From: a virus
Taxonomy: Duplodnaviria > Caudoviricetes
Direction: 5' to 3' (one strand)
Virus record (IMG/VR): IMGVR_UViG_3300030372_001990
Span: 1-25,904 of that record
Length of the DNA stretch: 25,904 bases
Shown here: piece after piece, positions 1-7,510 of the stretch
Position numbering within the stretch: the stretch's first letter is position 1
Layout: the number at the start of each line of letters is the position of its first letter
Made by a program: the position numbers and the translations under genes
Notes under the pieces: generated by a model
Database searches by the model: none
What the model saw: only the letters and a program-made list of their open reading frames with translations
What the model was told of the DNA's origin: nothing

Positions 1-69
1 GATATAGAAAAATTAATTTTAGATACAGAAAAGCTCGAAGACAAAGTGAGGGCAAATGGAAGTCATTAG
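1..69 (+). CDS. 3' end of a truncated hypothetical protein (coiled-coil-like, ...DIEKLILDTEKLEDKVRANGSH*)
   Basis: Frame +1 is open from base 1 to TAG at 67-69 and overlaps the ATG of the next gene. Confidence 0.6.
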   Translation, partial: DIEKLILDTEKLEDKVRANGSH

Positions 70-361
70 CGTAATTTTAATGTTTATGTTTGGTAATATG
101 AATGACCAAACAACTCAAATGACACAGTATATTCCTATGGAATCATTATCTAAATGTATGAAAGAAGTAAGATTACTTAAGAAAAAAAATACTGGATATG
201 ACAAGGATGCTTTTTGTGGTCCAGGTATTGTAGAAATTAAAGACGGAGAAGTAATGGCATTATACAATGACGTACCAGATGGTGCTACATTAGTTAAAAA
301 AGATATAGATGCAGCAGCATTTGAAAGATGGGCACTTCGTGCCAAAGCTAAGTGGGATTAA
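56..361 (+). CDS. Hypothetical protein with a hydrophobic N-terminus and two Cys (possibly exported or membrane-anchored)
   Basis: 101-aa ORF; N-terminal VISVILMFMF; GAGG-like RBS upstream; overlaps the preceding ORF. Confidence 0.75.
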   Translation: MEVISVILMFMFGNMNDQTTQMTQYIPMESLSKCMKEVRLLKKKNTGYDKDAFCGPGIVEIKDGEVMALYNDVPDGATLVKKDIDAAAFERWALRAKAKWD

Positions 362-426
362 TGGAACCAGTAACTATAGCTTATATTTTTTTTGGAACAC
401 TCTGGGTAATAGGTGTACTATCCTAA
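361..426 (+). CDS. Putative 21-aa single-pass membrane peptide (MEPVTIAYIFFGTLWVIGVLS)
   Basis: ATG overlaps the previous stop (TAATG at 359-363); almost entirely hydrophobic; below the ORF-track cutoff. Confidence 0.35.
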   Translation: MEPVTIAYIFFGTLWVIGVLS

Positions 427-574
427 ACCATAGACACGCTGGACGTTTAGATCCATCATTCCATACCTCAAGCCAAGGACCGTCACCTACTTTAGCATAA
501 CCTACTCTTGCAGGCCATTGTTGCTTTCTATAGTTTCGCGTACTCCTTAACTTTCTTAAGCATTCCATGCACAC
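374..574 (-). CDS. Possible small hypothetical protein after sufE (start uncertain)
   Basis: Fills the gap after sufE and has a protein-like core (WPARVGYAKVGDGPWLEVWNDG). It overlaps the + strand peptide and lacks a clear RBS/start pair. Confidence 0.3.
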   Translation of the reverse strand: MCMECLRKLRSTRNYRKQQWPARVGYAKVGDGPWLEVWNDGSKRPACLWFRIVHLLPRVFQKKYKL

Positions 575-929
575 CGTTATTTCTTCCTGGGGTTAATAAA
601 GTATCTAACTTTAATATTTTAAACTCGTCTTGATCAAACTCTTTAATGTCCTGGGCCGAAGATCCACTATACACATCCGCAATGATACAGACCATGCCTT
701 TAGATATAAGTGCAGCTGAATCAGCACTAAAATAAATTTTATCTTCAACAAAATGCGGAACCAACCATGTTTGGCTCTGACAACTTGGAACCTCAAACTC
801 TCTACTTTTAATTGAATCTTCCATGGATCTGGAATTCTTTCCAAAATCCATAATCCAAAGAAATTTATCTTGTGGGTCATCAATGTTATTTATTATTTGC
901 GCGTATCTTTTTAATTTTCTTTTTATCAT
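528..929 (-). CDS. sufE: SufE/CsdE-family sulfur-acceptor protein
   Basis: Family motifs EVPSCQSQTW (acceptor Cys, cf. E. coli GCQSQVW), FSADSAALISKGM, YSG and LTPGRNNG; typical length (133 aa). Confidence 0.92.
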   Translation of the reverse strand: MIKRKLKRYAQIINNIDDPQDKFLWIMDFGKNSRSMEDSIKSREFEVPSCQSQTWLVPHFVEDKIYFSADSAALISKGMVCIIADVYSGSSAQDIKEFDQDEFKILKLDTLLTPGRNNGVHGMLKKVKEYAKL

Positions 930-1044
930 TCTTTCTTTTTTTAAATAATTTCATCCAACTTAGCCTTGGTCCAAAATAAATTGCTTTATATTTCTTTCCT
1001 AACCAATCATAATCCCAAAACCACTGCCAGACGTGTTTTACCAT
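886..1044 (-). CDS. Small basic, Trp-rich hypothetical protein (52 aa, MVKHVWQWFWDYDW...)
   Basis: Start re-assigned to the ATG at 1044, coupled (TAATG) to the upstream stop. Confidence 0.6.
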   Translation of the reverse strand: MVKHVWQWFWDYDWLGKKYKAIYFGPRLSWMKLFKKRKNDKKKIKKIRANNK

Positions 1045-1250
1045 TAAAATCCCGGGATGAATCCTACCACCCATGTCTTTAAAGCCTGATACCGGGTCAT
1101 TATGAGCGTTTTTATTTCCCAGAAAACCGCCCTTTCTTCCCCAGGGTCCCAAACAGCCATTCTTTCGTGTTTTTGACGTAATGACTCACGATAACTAAAA
1201 TCTAGCATGTCTTGTTCTTTTTTCATGTGTTCATAAAAATCTTTAGTCAT
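1044..1250 (-). CDS. Small hypothetical protein (68 aa, MTKDFYEHMKKEQ...)
   Basis: Start re-assigned to the ATG at 1250, overlapping the oxygenase stop (ATGACTAA). Confidence 0.6.
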   Translation of the reverse strand: MTKDFYEHMKKEQDMLDFSYRESLRQKHERMAVWDPGEERAVFWEIKTLIMTRYQALKTWVVGFIPGF

Positions 1251-1860
1251 TTTTATTTGGCATGTGAATAACATTATCACGTTCTTTAAATTTAATTTGT
1301 GCATTAAATGCAATTGTAATACGCTGTCTGTTACTTCTGTTAGTATCTACATCATGTAAAAGATAAGATGGAAAACATAATACATCACCATCACCAGGCG
1401 CGTGACCTAACATGTTAGAGTGTGGCATATGATCAGGAATCATTTTATACATTTGCTCATGTGTAGCAAATCTAATAACACCTGTGTTAAATCCTTGCAC
1501 ATAATACACGCCAGATATATCTGCATCCGCACGGTAGTGTGAATGAAATATATTATTACTTCCTACTTCATTTACATTTGTCCAATAGTTAATTGCAGCA
1601 TCCATAGGTTTTCTTGGAAAGTAATGATCCATGTAAGCTGACATAATCATACCAATTGGTTTCATTAATTCTGCCTCACATTTATACTTCATCATACTAC
1701 GCCAACATCCAGTATTAGTAGCTGGTAATCCTTTTGGATCCTTTTCTCTTTCCGCTTCTATCTCTGTCTTTAATAAGTTATTTAAATTTTCAAAATTATC
1801 CCATTTTTTATAAAATAATCTTGTGTCTTGTATTGGTATTTTAGCTATTACGTCTTTCAT
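1243..1860 (-). CDS. Putative 2OG-Fe(II) oxygenase (TIGR02466 / 2OG-FeII_Oxy_5-like)
   Basis: FHSH...ISGVYYV, GDVLCFPSYLLHDV and RITIAFN motifs; GGAG RBS upstream of ATG 1860. Confidence 0.85.
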   Translation of the reverse strand: MKDVIAKIPIQDTRLFYKKWDNFENLNNLLKTEIEAEREKDPKGLPATNTGCWRSMMKYKCEAELMKPIGMIMSAYMDHYFPRKPMDAAINYWTNVNEVGSNNIFHSHYRADADISGVYYVQGFNTGVIRFATHEQMYKMIPDHMPHSNMLGHAPGDGDVLCFPSYLLHDVDTNRSNRQRITIAFNAQIKFKERDNVIHMPNKND

Positions 1861-2023
1861 ATTTCTCCGTTGCACATTGTGGACCACATAAGAATATCAT
1901 TTTATATTCTTGATCCGGATTAAACTTTCTATCTAACCAGTATAACAGTTTTTTAAACCATTTACCACATTCAGAACATTTAAATTCAGGTCCTGGGCGC
2001 ACGCTGCTTTTATCATACTCCAC
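1841..2023 (-). CDS. Small Zn-finger-like protein (CxxC...CxxxC, TRASH-like spacing)
   Basis: FKCSECGK...FLCGPQC; probable GTG start at 2023 overlapping the upstream gene. Confidence 0.65.
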   Translation of the reverse strand: MEYDKSSVRPGPEFKCSECGKWFKKLLYWLDRKFNPDQEYKMIFLCGPQCATEKYERRNS

Positions 2024-3125
2024 ATAAACCTTCACATTCGTCCGCAAACTCTTCATCAAATGTTTCACCAAACAAATTACCTTGAGCTTTTGGTTCTAAA
2101 AAATTAATACTTCTCAAAGGCTTTGCTGATTTATGTAGAAACAATTCTGTCTCTGTATTCTTTAATCCGTGCCTTATTTTGTCATCAAGATCACATGCAT
2201 CTTCCCAATCCTTAGGATAGTTCTTTTGCATATTTTTCCATTGATCATTGTGATGATAAGGACAACCAATACATGATGACTTACCAGGCATAGGATGTTT
2301 CTTTATATCACGATACCATTGCAAACAATCAGCACGTGACATTTTCATTTCAATTAAAGGCCAACGTGATGTTAACCATGGCATTCTTGCTTTCTTCATA
2401 CGCATGGCTTCATCTGTAGATATACCTATCCATTGTTCCACTATCATATCTTTTTTAACTCTATGTCTTGGTTTAATACCAAGTAATCTTCGCATTTCTT
2501 TTTGAATAGGGATCACTTTATAGTCATGTGTACACTGTCTATAAAGCATCCCCACTCTTCCACCATTAGGACGTGCAGCAAACAAAGGTGGGTTTGGTAC
2601 ACGACCAGCAAACGATTTCTCCTCTTCTCTAGACCCTGGTTCTGGGTTCGCTGCTTTGATTAGATCCTCACGGATATTTCCTCTCTCTACAGTGATAATA
2701 GGACAAATTGTTATTGCTTTCTTTAAATATTCTACATGCTCATAGACAAAAGATGGTTCCCATCCTGTGTCAGCAAAGATCATGTAGTCTGGTTTATGTT
2801 TCGTTAATCCTTCTTGTGCCATGAGTGCCAGACAGGAAGACTGTACCCCTGCCCCGAGTGATAGTATGCGCATCGTCGGTTCACGTTTGTTTCCTTCTTC
2901 GTCAAAGTACTCTGGTTCTTTGGTAGCCGCAACTGCTGCCATCGTATTAAGTTCTTTTTTATTTGGCGCCATTTTACTAGACATTTCTTGTAAAAGTTTA
3001 CGCCTTTCAAATTCCATTTGTTCATGATTAATAGCAAATCCTGGTTTAACTCCATGTACAGCTTTTTGATTTGCTGCACGGCTCTTCCCTTGTTCTTTGT
3101 ACCCGGGTTTTTTAGTCTCTGTCAT
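2013..3125 (-). CDS. PP-loop adenine-nucleotide alpha-hydrolase, PAPS-reductase/DndC-like, probably Fe-S binding
   Basis: ILSLGAGVQS (PP-loop variant), IFADTGWE, YRQCT..YK, WIGISTDE..R, WPL, KSSCIGCPY, C-terminal ECEGLCGV; GGAGG just upstream of the start. Confidence 0.8.
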   Translation of the reverse strand: MTETKKPGYKEQGKSRAANQKAVHGVKPGFAINHEQMEFERRKLLQEMSSKMAPNKKELNTMAAVAATKEPEYFDEEGNKREPTMRILSLGAGVQSSCLALMAQEGLTKHKPDYMIFADTGWEPSFVYEHVEYLKKAITICPIITVERGNIREDLIKAANPEPGSREEEKSFAGRVPNPPLFAARPNGGRVGMLYRQCTHDYKVIPIQKEMRRLLGIKPRHRVKKDMIVEQWIGISTDEAMRMKKARMPWLTSRWPLIEMKMSRADCLQWYRDIKKHPMPGKSSCIGCPYHHNDQWKNMQKNYPKDWEDACDLDDKIRHGLKNTETELFLHKSAKPLRSINFLEPKAQGNLFGETFDEEFADECEGLCGV

Positions 3126-3633
3126 AGGCCTCCAACTTCTTTAATGTACTGATGATTTTTTGCGTATAATATACATCTTCTGCATATATTGCAAGTGTCA
3201 TAGCTAACTTCTCTAAGTCAACTATCTTATTGAAATACTGAGATAATCTTTCTTCTCTAAACTGTTTATAATGATGGTTATTATTAAGTAAATACATATA
3301 GTAAGAAATGGATTCGCACTTTGTCTCAAAGATCCTAAGCCCCCAGCTTGCATTAGGATTATTTCGCGGCTTTAGTTGATCATCTGATGAGTCAAACGTG
3401 CGGATTCCAAGGAGGTTATTACCTTCCACGGCAAACCTAGATTTGCCCCAATTAGACTCATGAATTGCTTGAGCTATAACTAAATTAACTGGTACTCTTT
3501 CTTCTTCTGAATACATAGAATTAAGATGCAATGCACACGCACTTACATCATCTATAAATTCATCATTAGTGGTGTAATCCATTTCTGGATTAAACCCTAT
3601 GCAAATCATTAATGTAACACAAATCCAGTTCAT
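3112..3633 (-). CDS. GH73 glucosaminidase (Bax/FlgJ-like peptidoglycan hydrolase) with a short hydrophobic N-terminus
   Basis: AQAIHESNWGKSRFAVEGNNLLGIR (catalytic Glu), LNNNHHY...R and YAEDVYY motifs; ATGA overlap with the polA stop. Confidence 0.88.
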   Translation of the reverse strand: MNWICVTLMICIGFNPEMDYTTNDEFIDDVSACALHLNSMYSEEERVPVNLVIAQAIHESNWGKSRFAVEGNNLLGIRTFDSSDDQLKPRNNPNASWGLRIFETKCESISYYMYLLNNNHHYKQFREERLSQYFNKIVDLEKLAMTLAIYAEDVYYTQKIISTLKKLEAYDRD

Positions 3634-5462
3634 CCGCCCCAACTCTCTCCAAGATCTATATCAGCTTTAGAAGGCACCTCTAGTTCTACACATGTTTCCA
3701 TAACTCGTTGTATTTCTTTAGCTTGTTTCTCATCTTTAACAGAGCAATCTAATTCATCGTGCACTTGTATTAAAGGTACTACTCCTAGCTCCTCATATAC
3801 ATCTACCATGGCTTTCTTAGTTTGATCTGCCGCTGATCCTTGTATCAATCTATTTAAAGCTTTGTATGTACCAGCTCTTTTTATTGCTTCACCATACTCT
3901 ACCTTTGCTTGATTGTGTGGTAATGCTTTATGTACACCCCACTGTGTAGGTTCCCATAAATCAAATCTACATTTACGACCAAGTAATGTGCGAATAATAC
4001 CTTTAGAATTAGCACGATTCATTACCGCTTCCAACATACCTTGCATAAAAGGTACACGTTCACGGAAATCTTTCAACATTTTTTTAGCTTCCTGAGGATC
4101 TATATCTAACTCACGAGCCATCTTGTTATAACCCATGCCATACATTACACCTAAACCAATAGTCTTAGCTAGTCTTCTTTCGACCCCCGCCATGTCTGCC
4201 GTTTGTTGGTGAAAATCAAGATCACTTTTCTTATAGGCTTCTTTAACTTCTTCAGCGCCCAATTGTCCGACGAGGCATGCCCAATGCGTAAGTAACCTGG
4301 GCTCTTGTTGCGAGTAGTCTGCTTTAAGCCAATACTCTCCAATTTCCGGGATAAATAGTTTACGTATCTCTTTAGCAAATTGACCGCGACTCGGTATCTG
4401 CTGCAAATTAGGATGATTGTAACTAAATCTACCAGATACAGTGCCACCGCTATCAGATCTAATTTGATTAATGTGCGCGTGAATTCTACCATTTGTGTTG
4501 TGTTTTAACAGACCTTGTAAAAAAGTTCCACGTAATTTATTAAGCTCACGTGCTTGCATAATAAGACGTGGTAGCTCATGCGGATGGTCAGTTAAAAACA
4601 TTTTGGTAAATGATGGAGCATCTGTTTTAGTAGTTCTTTCGTATGGTAAATTTAAAGCATCAAAAGCTTTTGAAATAGAAGCTGCTGCCCATATCTCTAC
4701 ATCCTGGTTAGTTAAATCCTTTATTCTTTTTAAAAGTTTCTTCTCTTTGTTTTTAAATTTACTATTTAAATCAACTACTTTTTCTTCGTCAAATCTAACA
4801 CCTTTTTTTGTCATGTTAAAAATAACACGGATTAATCTGCATTCAATATCATAGATTGTATCAAGATTATCCTTCTTAATCTCCCATGCTAATTTCTCAT
4901 ACAACTTTAGCGTTAGCCTTGCGTCTTCCTCAGCATACTCTCCTACAAATGTAGCCGGTAATTTATACATTTCAGCCTTTGCATCTACACCAAATGATGC
5001 CGCTGCTTCTTTAAGTTTAGCTTCACTCTTAAATTCACCAAGGTAATCAAACGATATACTATTTAATGTATAAGAATATCTATTCTCATCAATAAGCGCC
5101 ATTGCTACCATTGTGTCATGAATACGACCTTTAACTTCTATGCCTAATACACTAAGCCAACCTATGTCGTATTGTGCATTGTGAAATACTTTCTCTAACT
5201 TTTCATCTTCACACAATGATTTAATATATTTAATAACTTTCTTGCTATCCATGTTACCCCCACCTTCATGGGCGATAGGATAGTAAGCTTTAAATCCATT
5301 AGCAGCTACAGCTATACCAATAACTGCACCTATCTTTTTAGGCCACCCAGGACCATCTTTAATTAATCCTGGGTCACATGTTTCTAAATCAATTGCTATT
5401 TTCTCCCGATTACTTAAATCCGGAAATTCCGTAGGTGCTATCCAATCTGAATTAATTGTCAT
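3630..5462 (-). CDS. polA: Family A DNA polymerase with 3'-5' exonuclease (no 5'-3' exonuclease)
   Basis: ExoI AIDLET, ExoII FHNAQYD, ExoIII YAEED; SGRFS..PNLQQIP; motif A DYSQQEPR; motif B RRLAKTIGLGVMYG; motif C VHDEL. Confidence 0.97.
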   Translation of the reverse strand: MTINSDWIAPTEFPDLSNREKIAIDLETCDPGLIKDGPGWPKKIGAVIGIAVAANGFKAYYPIAHEGGGNMDSKKVIKYIKSLCEDEKLEKVFHNAQYDIGWLSVLGIEVKGRIHDTMVAMALIDENRYSYTLNSISFDYLGEFKSEAKLKEAAASFGVDAKAEMYKLPATFVGEYAEEDARLTLKLYEKLAWEIKKDNLDTIYDIECRLIRVIFNMTKKGVRFDEEKVVDLNSKFKNKEKKLLKRIKDLTNQDVEIWAAASISKAFDALNLPYERTTKTDAPSFTKMFLTDHPHELPRLIMQARELNKLRGTFLQGLLKHNTNGRIHAHINQIRSDSGGTVSGRFSYNHPNLQQIPSRGQFAKEIRKLFIPEIGEYWLKADYSQQEPRLLTHWACLVGQLGAEEVKEAYKKSDLDFHQQTADMAGVERRLAKTIGLGVMYGMGYNKMARELDIDPQEAKKMLKDFRERVPFMQGMLEAVMNRANSKGIIRTLLGRKCRFDLWEPTQWGVHKALPHNQAKVEYGEAIKRAGTYKALNRLIQGSAADQTKKAMVDVYEELGVVPLIQVHDELDCSVKDEKQAKEIQRVMETCVELEVPSKADIDLGESWGG

Positions 5463-5736
5463 GTTTTAATTCTCCTGCTATTGCCATGTATGCTGAAGCA
5501 TCGACATAATCATCTACGTTAGCCTTACCTCTTTGTGATCTTGATATTTTTAATAATGCCATCATCGTTGCTACTTCATCAGAATTAATAGCCACGCATG
5601 GTTTGAGTTTTTCATCTAAAAATACAGTCCAAAATTCTGCAATTTGTTCATGGTTTTGTTTTGTATCTCCATGTGTCTCTTGTCTTCCACCGTTAACTAA
5701 CTCAGCGGCTTTTAATAATATTTCACTCTTGTTCAT
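5452..5736 (-). CDS. DUF6378-like all-alpha protein
   Basis: RQETHGD, IAEFW, VATMMALLKISR and DDYVDASAY pattern typical of this phage family. Confidence 0.75.
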   Translation of the reverse strand: MNKSEILLKAAELVNGGRQETHGDTKQNHEQIAEFWTVFLDEKLKPCVAINSDEVATMMALLKISRSQRGKANVDDYVDASAYMAIAGELKHDN

Positions 5737-7238
5737 ATAATGAACCCTCCATCTCTTTGTGGTTGTACTACGTGTAGCTCATTACGAGCACGTGTGGCTG
5801 CTACATAAAACACACGGCATTCATCATCTGAATCCTTTTCCATTGCTTCTTGTGACTTTCTTGATAAGTCTGTAAGCAACATAACCTTATCTGCTTCTCC
5901 TCCTTTAGCACCATGAATTGTGCTTAAATGAATCTTTGGATCACTCTTGGTAAAATCCTTGTTCCTCGTTTCAATAGATCTTAAAAATTCTTTATCACGT
6001 GTGCCTACCTTATCAAAAGCTACATCCCATGGTCTACCACCCATAAGTAATCCGTGGTGCATGACTAACTCTTCTAGCTCGTATTGTTCTTTATTAGCTG
6101 TTCTAAGATTCTTATGGCCACGCTCTATTCCTATTTCTGAAGACATGTAAGAATATATATCTTTAACGTCTGTTAATTCTACGTGCCCCCCTTCATTTAA
6201 TTTCTTCCATGCGCTTGTAGCATTTAATAACTTCTGCGATATAGGTAAACGATTATTTCTTTTATAAAATAATCCTTGCAATCGTATGTCACGCTCAATC
6301 TCATCAAGTAAATAATTGGTTCGTGCCATGATAAGCCAGTTATCATCACCTACATCTACACTATCTGGATATGCATGGTATTGTACTAATCCTCTAGTCT
6401 TTGTACCATACCATTGTTTAGGTATACGATTACGTACACGTCCTATAATTCTTTGTGAACAATTTTGTATAACTCGTGCACATCTATACGATTGTTGTAG
6501 TACTTCTCGCTCTCCATTTAATCTAATAAGATGTTCTACATCTGCACCAGCCCAACGGTAAATAGCTTGATCATCATCACCACTTACATAAACTTGTTTA
6601 GCATTCTGACATATCTTATGTACCATACGCCATTGTAGTTTACATAAATCTTGCGCTTCATCTATAAATACTACATCTAACTTTGGAATCATACCAGCTT
6701 CTATGTACATTTCTATCATGTCTGTAAAATCTAGTATTTCTTTTTTCTTTTTAAATTCTTCAATAGAACGTTGTGCTCTCAACAATGCATGCCAAGAAAC
6801 GTCTAAATTAGAATCATTATAATGATGTTCTAAATCCATACATTTCATTCTTGCTAAATTTACTTCAGACAGGAGCTGGTTATCAACTGTAAACACTCCA
6901 CCTGAATCAACACCATCAGATACTGATCCTAAGTCCATACCAAATGTTTGTCCAAACTCTTTGTAATTATCACGTGACATTACCTCTGACTTTGTTAATC
7001 CTAATTGATTAAAAGCAAATGAATGTAAAGTTCTAAAATATGGAAGATGCTGCTCTTCTAAGTTAAACTTCTTCATTGCCCGGTCCCTTGCTTCACTAGC
7101 TGCTTTCTTTGTAAAAGCTACAAATGCAATACGGTCTGGTGGTGTACCTTTAGCTAACTCTTGTTCCACTAAATTTAACAAGTTGTGTGTCTTTCCTGTA
7201 CCAGGAGGACCTAGTATTATCTTTGTCTTACTTTGCAT
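5733..7238 (-). CDS. SF1 UvrD/Rep-like DNA helicase
   Basis: GPPGTGKT, AFTKKAA, TLHS, DEAQD, GDDDQAIY, QSYR, STIHGAKGGE, FYVAATRA. Confidence 0.93.
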   Translation of the reverse strand: MQSKTKIILGPPGTGKTHNLLNLVEQELAKGTPPDRIAFVAFTKKAASEARDRAMKKFNLEEQHLPYFRTLHSFAFNQLGLTKSEVMSRDNYKEFGQTFGMDLGSVSDGVDSGGVFTVDNQLLSEVNLARMKCMDLEHHYNDSNLDVSWHALLRAQRSIEEFKKKKEILDFTDMIEMYIEAGMIPKLDVVFIDEAQDLCKLQWRMVHKICQNAKQVYVSGDDDQAIYRWAGADVEHLIRLNGEREVLQQSYRCARVIQNCSQRIIGRVRNRIPKQWYGTKTRGLVQYHAYPDSVDVGDDNWLIMARTNYLLDEIERDIRLQGLFYKRNNRLPISQKLLNATSAWKKLNEGGHVELTDVKDIYSYMSSEIGIERGHKNLRTANKEQYELEELVMHHGLLMGGRPWDVAFDKVGTRDKEFLRSIETRNKDFTKSDPKIHLSTIHGAKGGEADKVMLLTDLSRKSQEAMEKDSDDECRVFYVAATRARNELHVVQPQRDGGFII

Positions 7239-7510
7239 GTGCCATCCTTATCTACAAATATAAATTTCATCTTTAATCTTTTTTGTTCTTGAGTTAATCG
7301 TCTACATATACGTGTACCTGGTTTCCAAGTCTTACGATAGCTTTCAGTCTTTACATCAAATATTTCTACTGCTCCTTTTTCATTTATTGCTATGAGGTCG
7401 GCAGGTCCAACCCCATATAAATTTTTAAAAACAAAATAACCTTTTTCTATTAAATGTAGTATGGCTATTTGTTCACTTTGCATTCCCTTTTTTAATTTAG
7501 AAAGGCGCAC
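7217..7510 (-). CDS. Small PD-(D/E)XK endonuclease, Hjc-like Holliday junction resolvase
   Basis: KG..SE.IA..HL..KGY...PADLIA...FDVKT; GGAGG 6 nt upstream of GTG 7510. Confidence 0.75.
   Translation of the reverse strand: MRLSKLKKGMQSEQIAILHLIEKGYFVFKNLYGVGPADLIAINEKGAVEIFDVKTESYRKTWKPGTRICRRLTQEQKRLKMKFIFVDKDGTCKVRQR

Noticed and set aside
1243-1860. TET/JBP-type DNA base oxidase
   Set aside because: The HxH...SGVYY pattern matches the TIGR02466-like family rather than the HxD TET/JBP signature, and no methylase is adjacent.
2804-3079. Same-strand alternative-frame ORFs (2804-3079, 611-883, 4169-4492)
   Set aside because: Fully nested in motif-bearing genes with no RBS or recognisable features.
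2013-3125. Calling this gene cysH (sulfate assimilation AMG) or dndC outright
   Set aside because: It lacks the SGGKDS-type loop and the CC pair, and no other cys or dnd genes are present; only superfamily-level assignment is supportable.
7487-7493. In-frame A AAA AAG slippery heptamer near the start of the Hjc-like gene
   Set aside because: The -1 frame stops within a few codons, the primase stop lies upstream so no fusion is possible, and such runs are common in AT-rich DNA.
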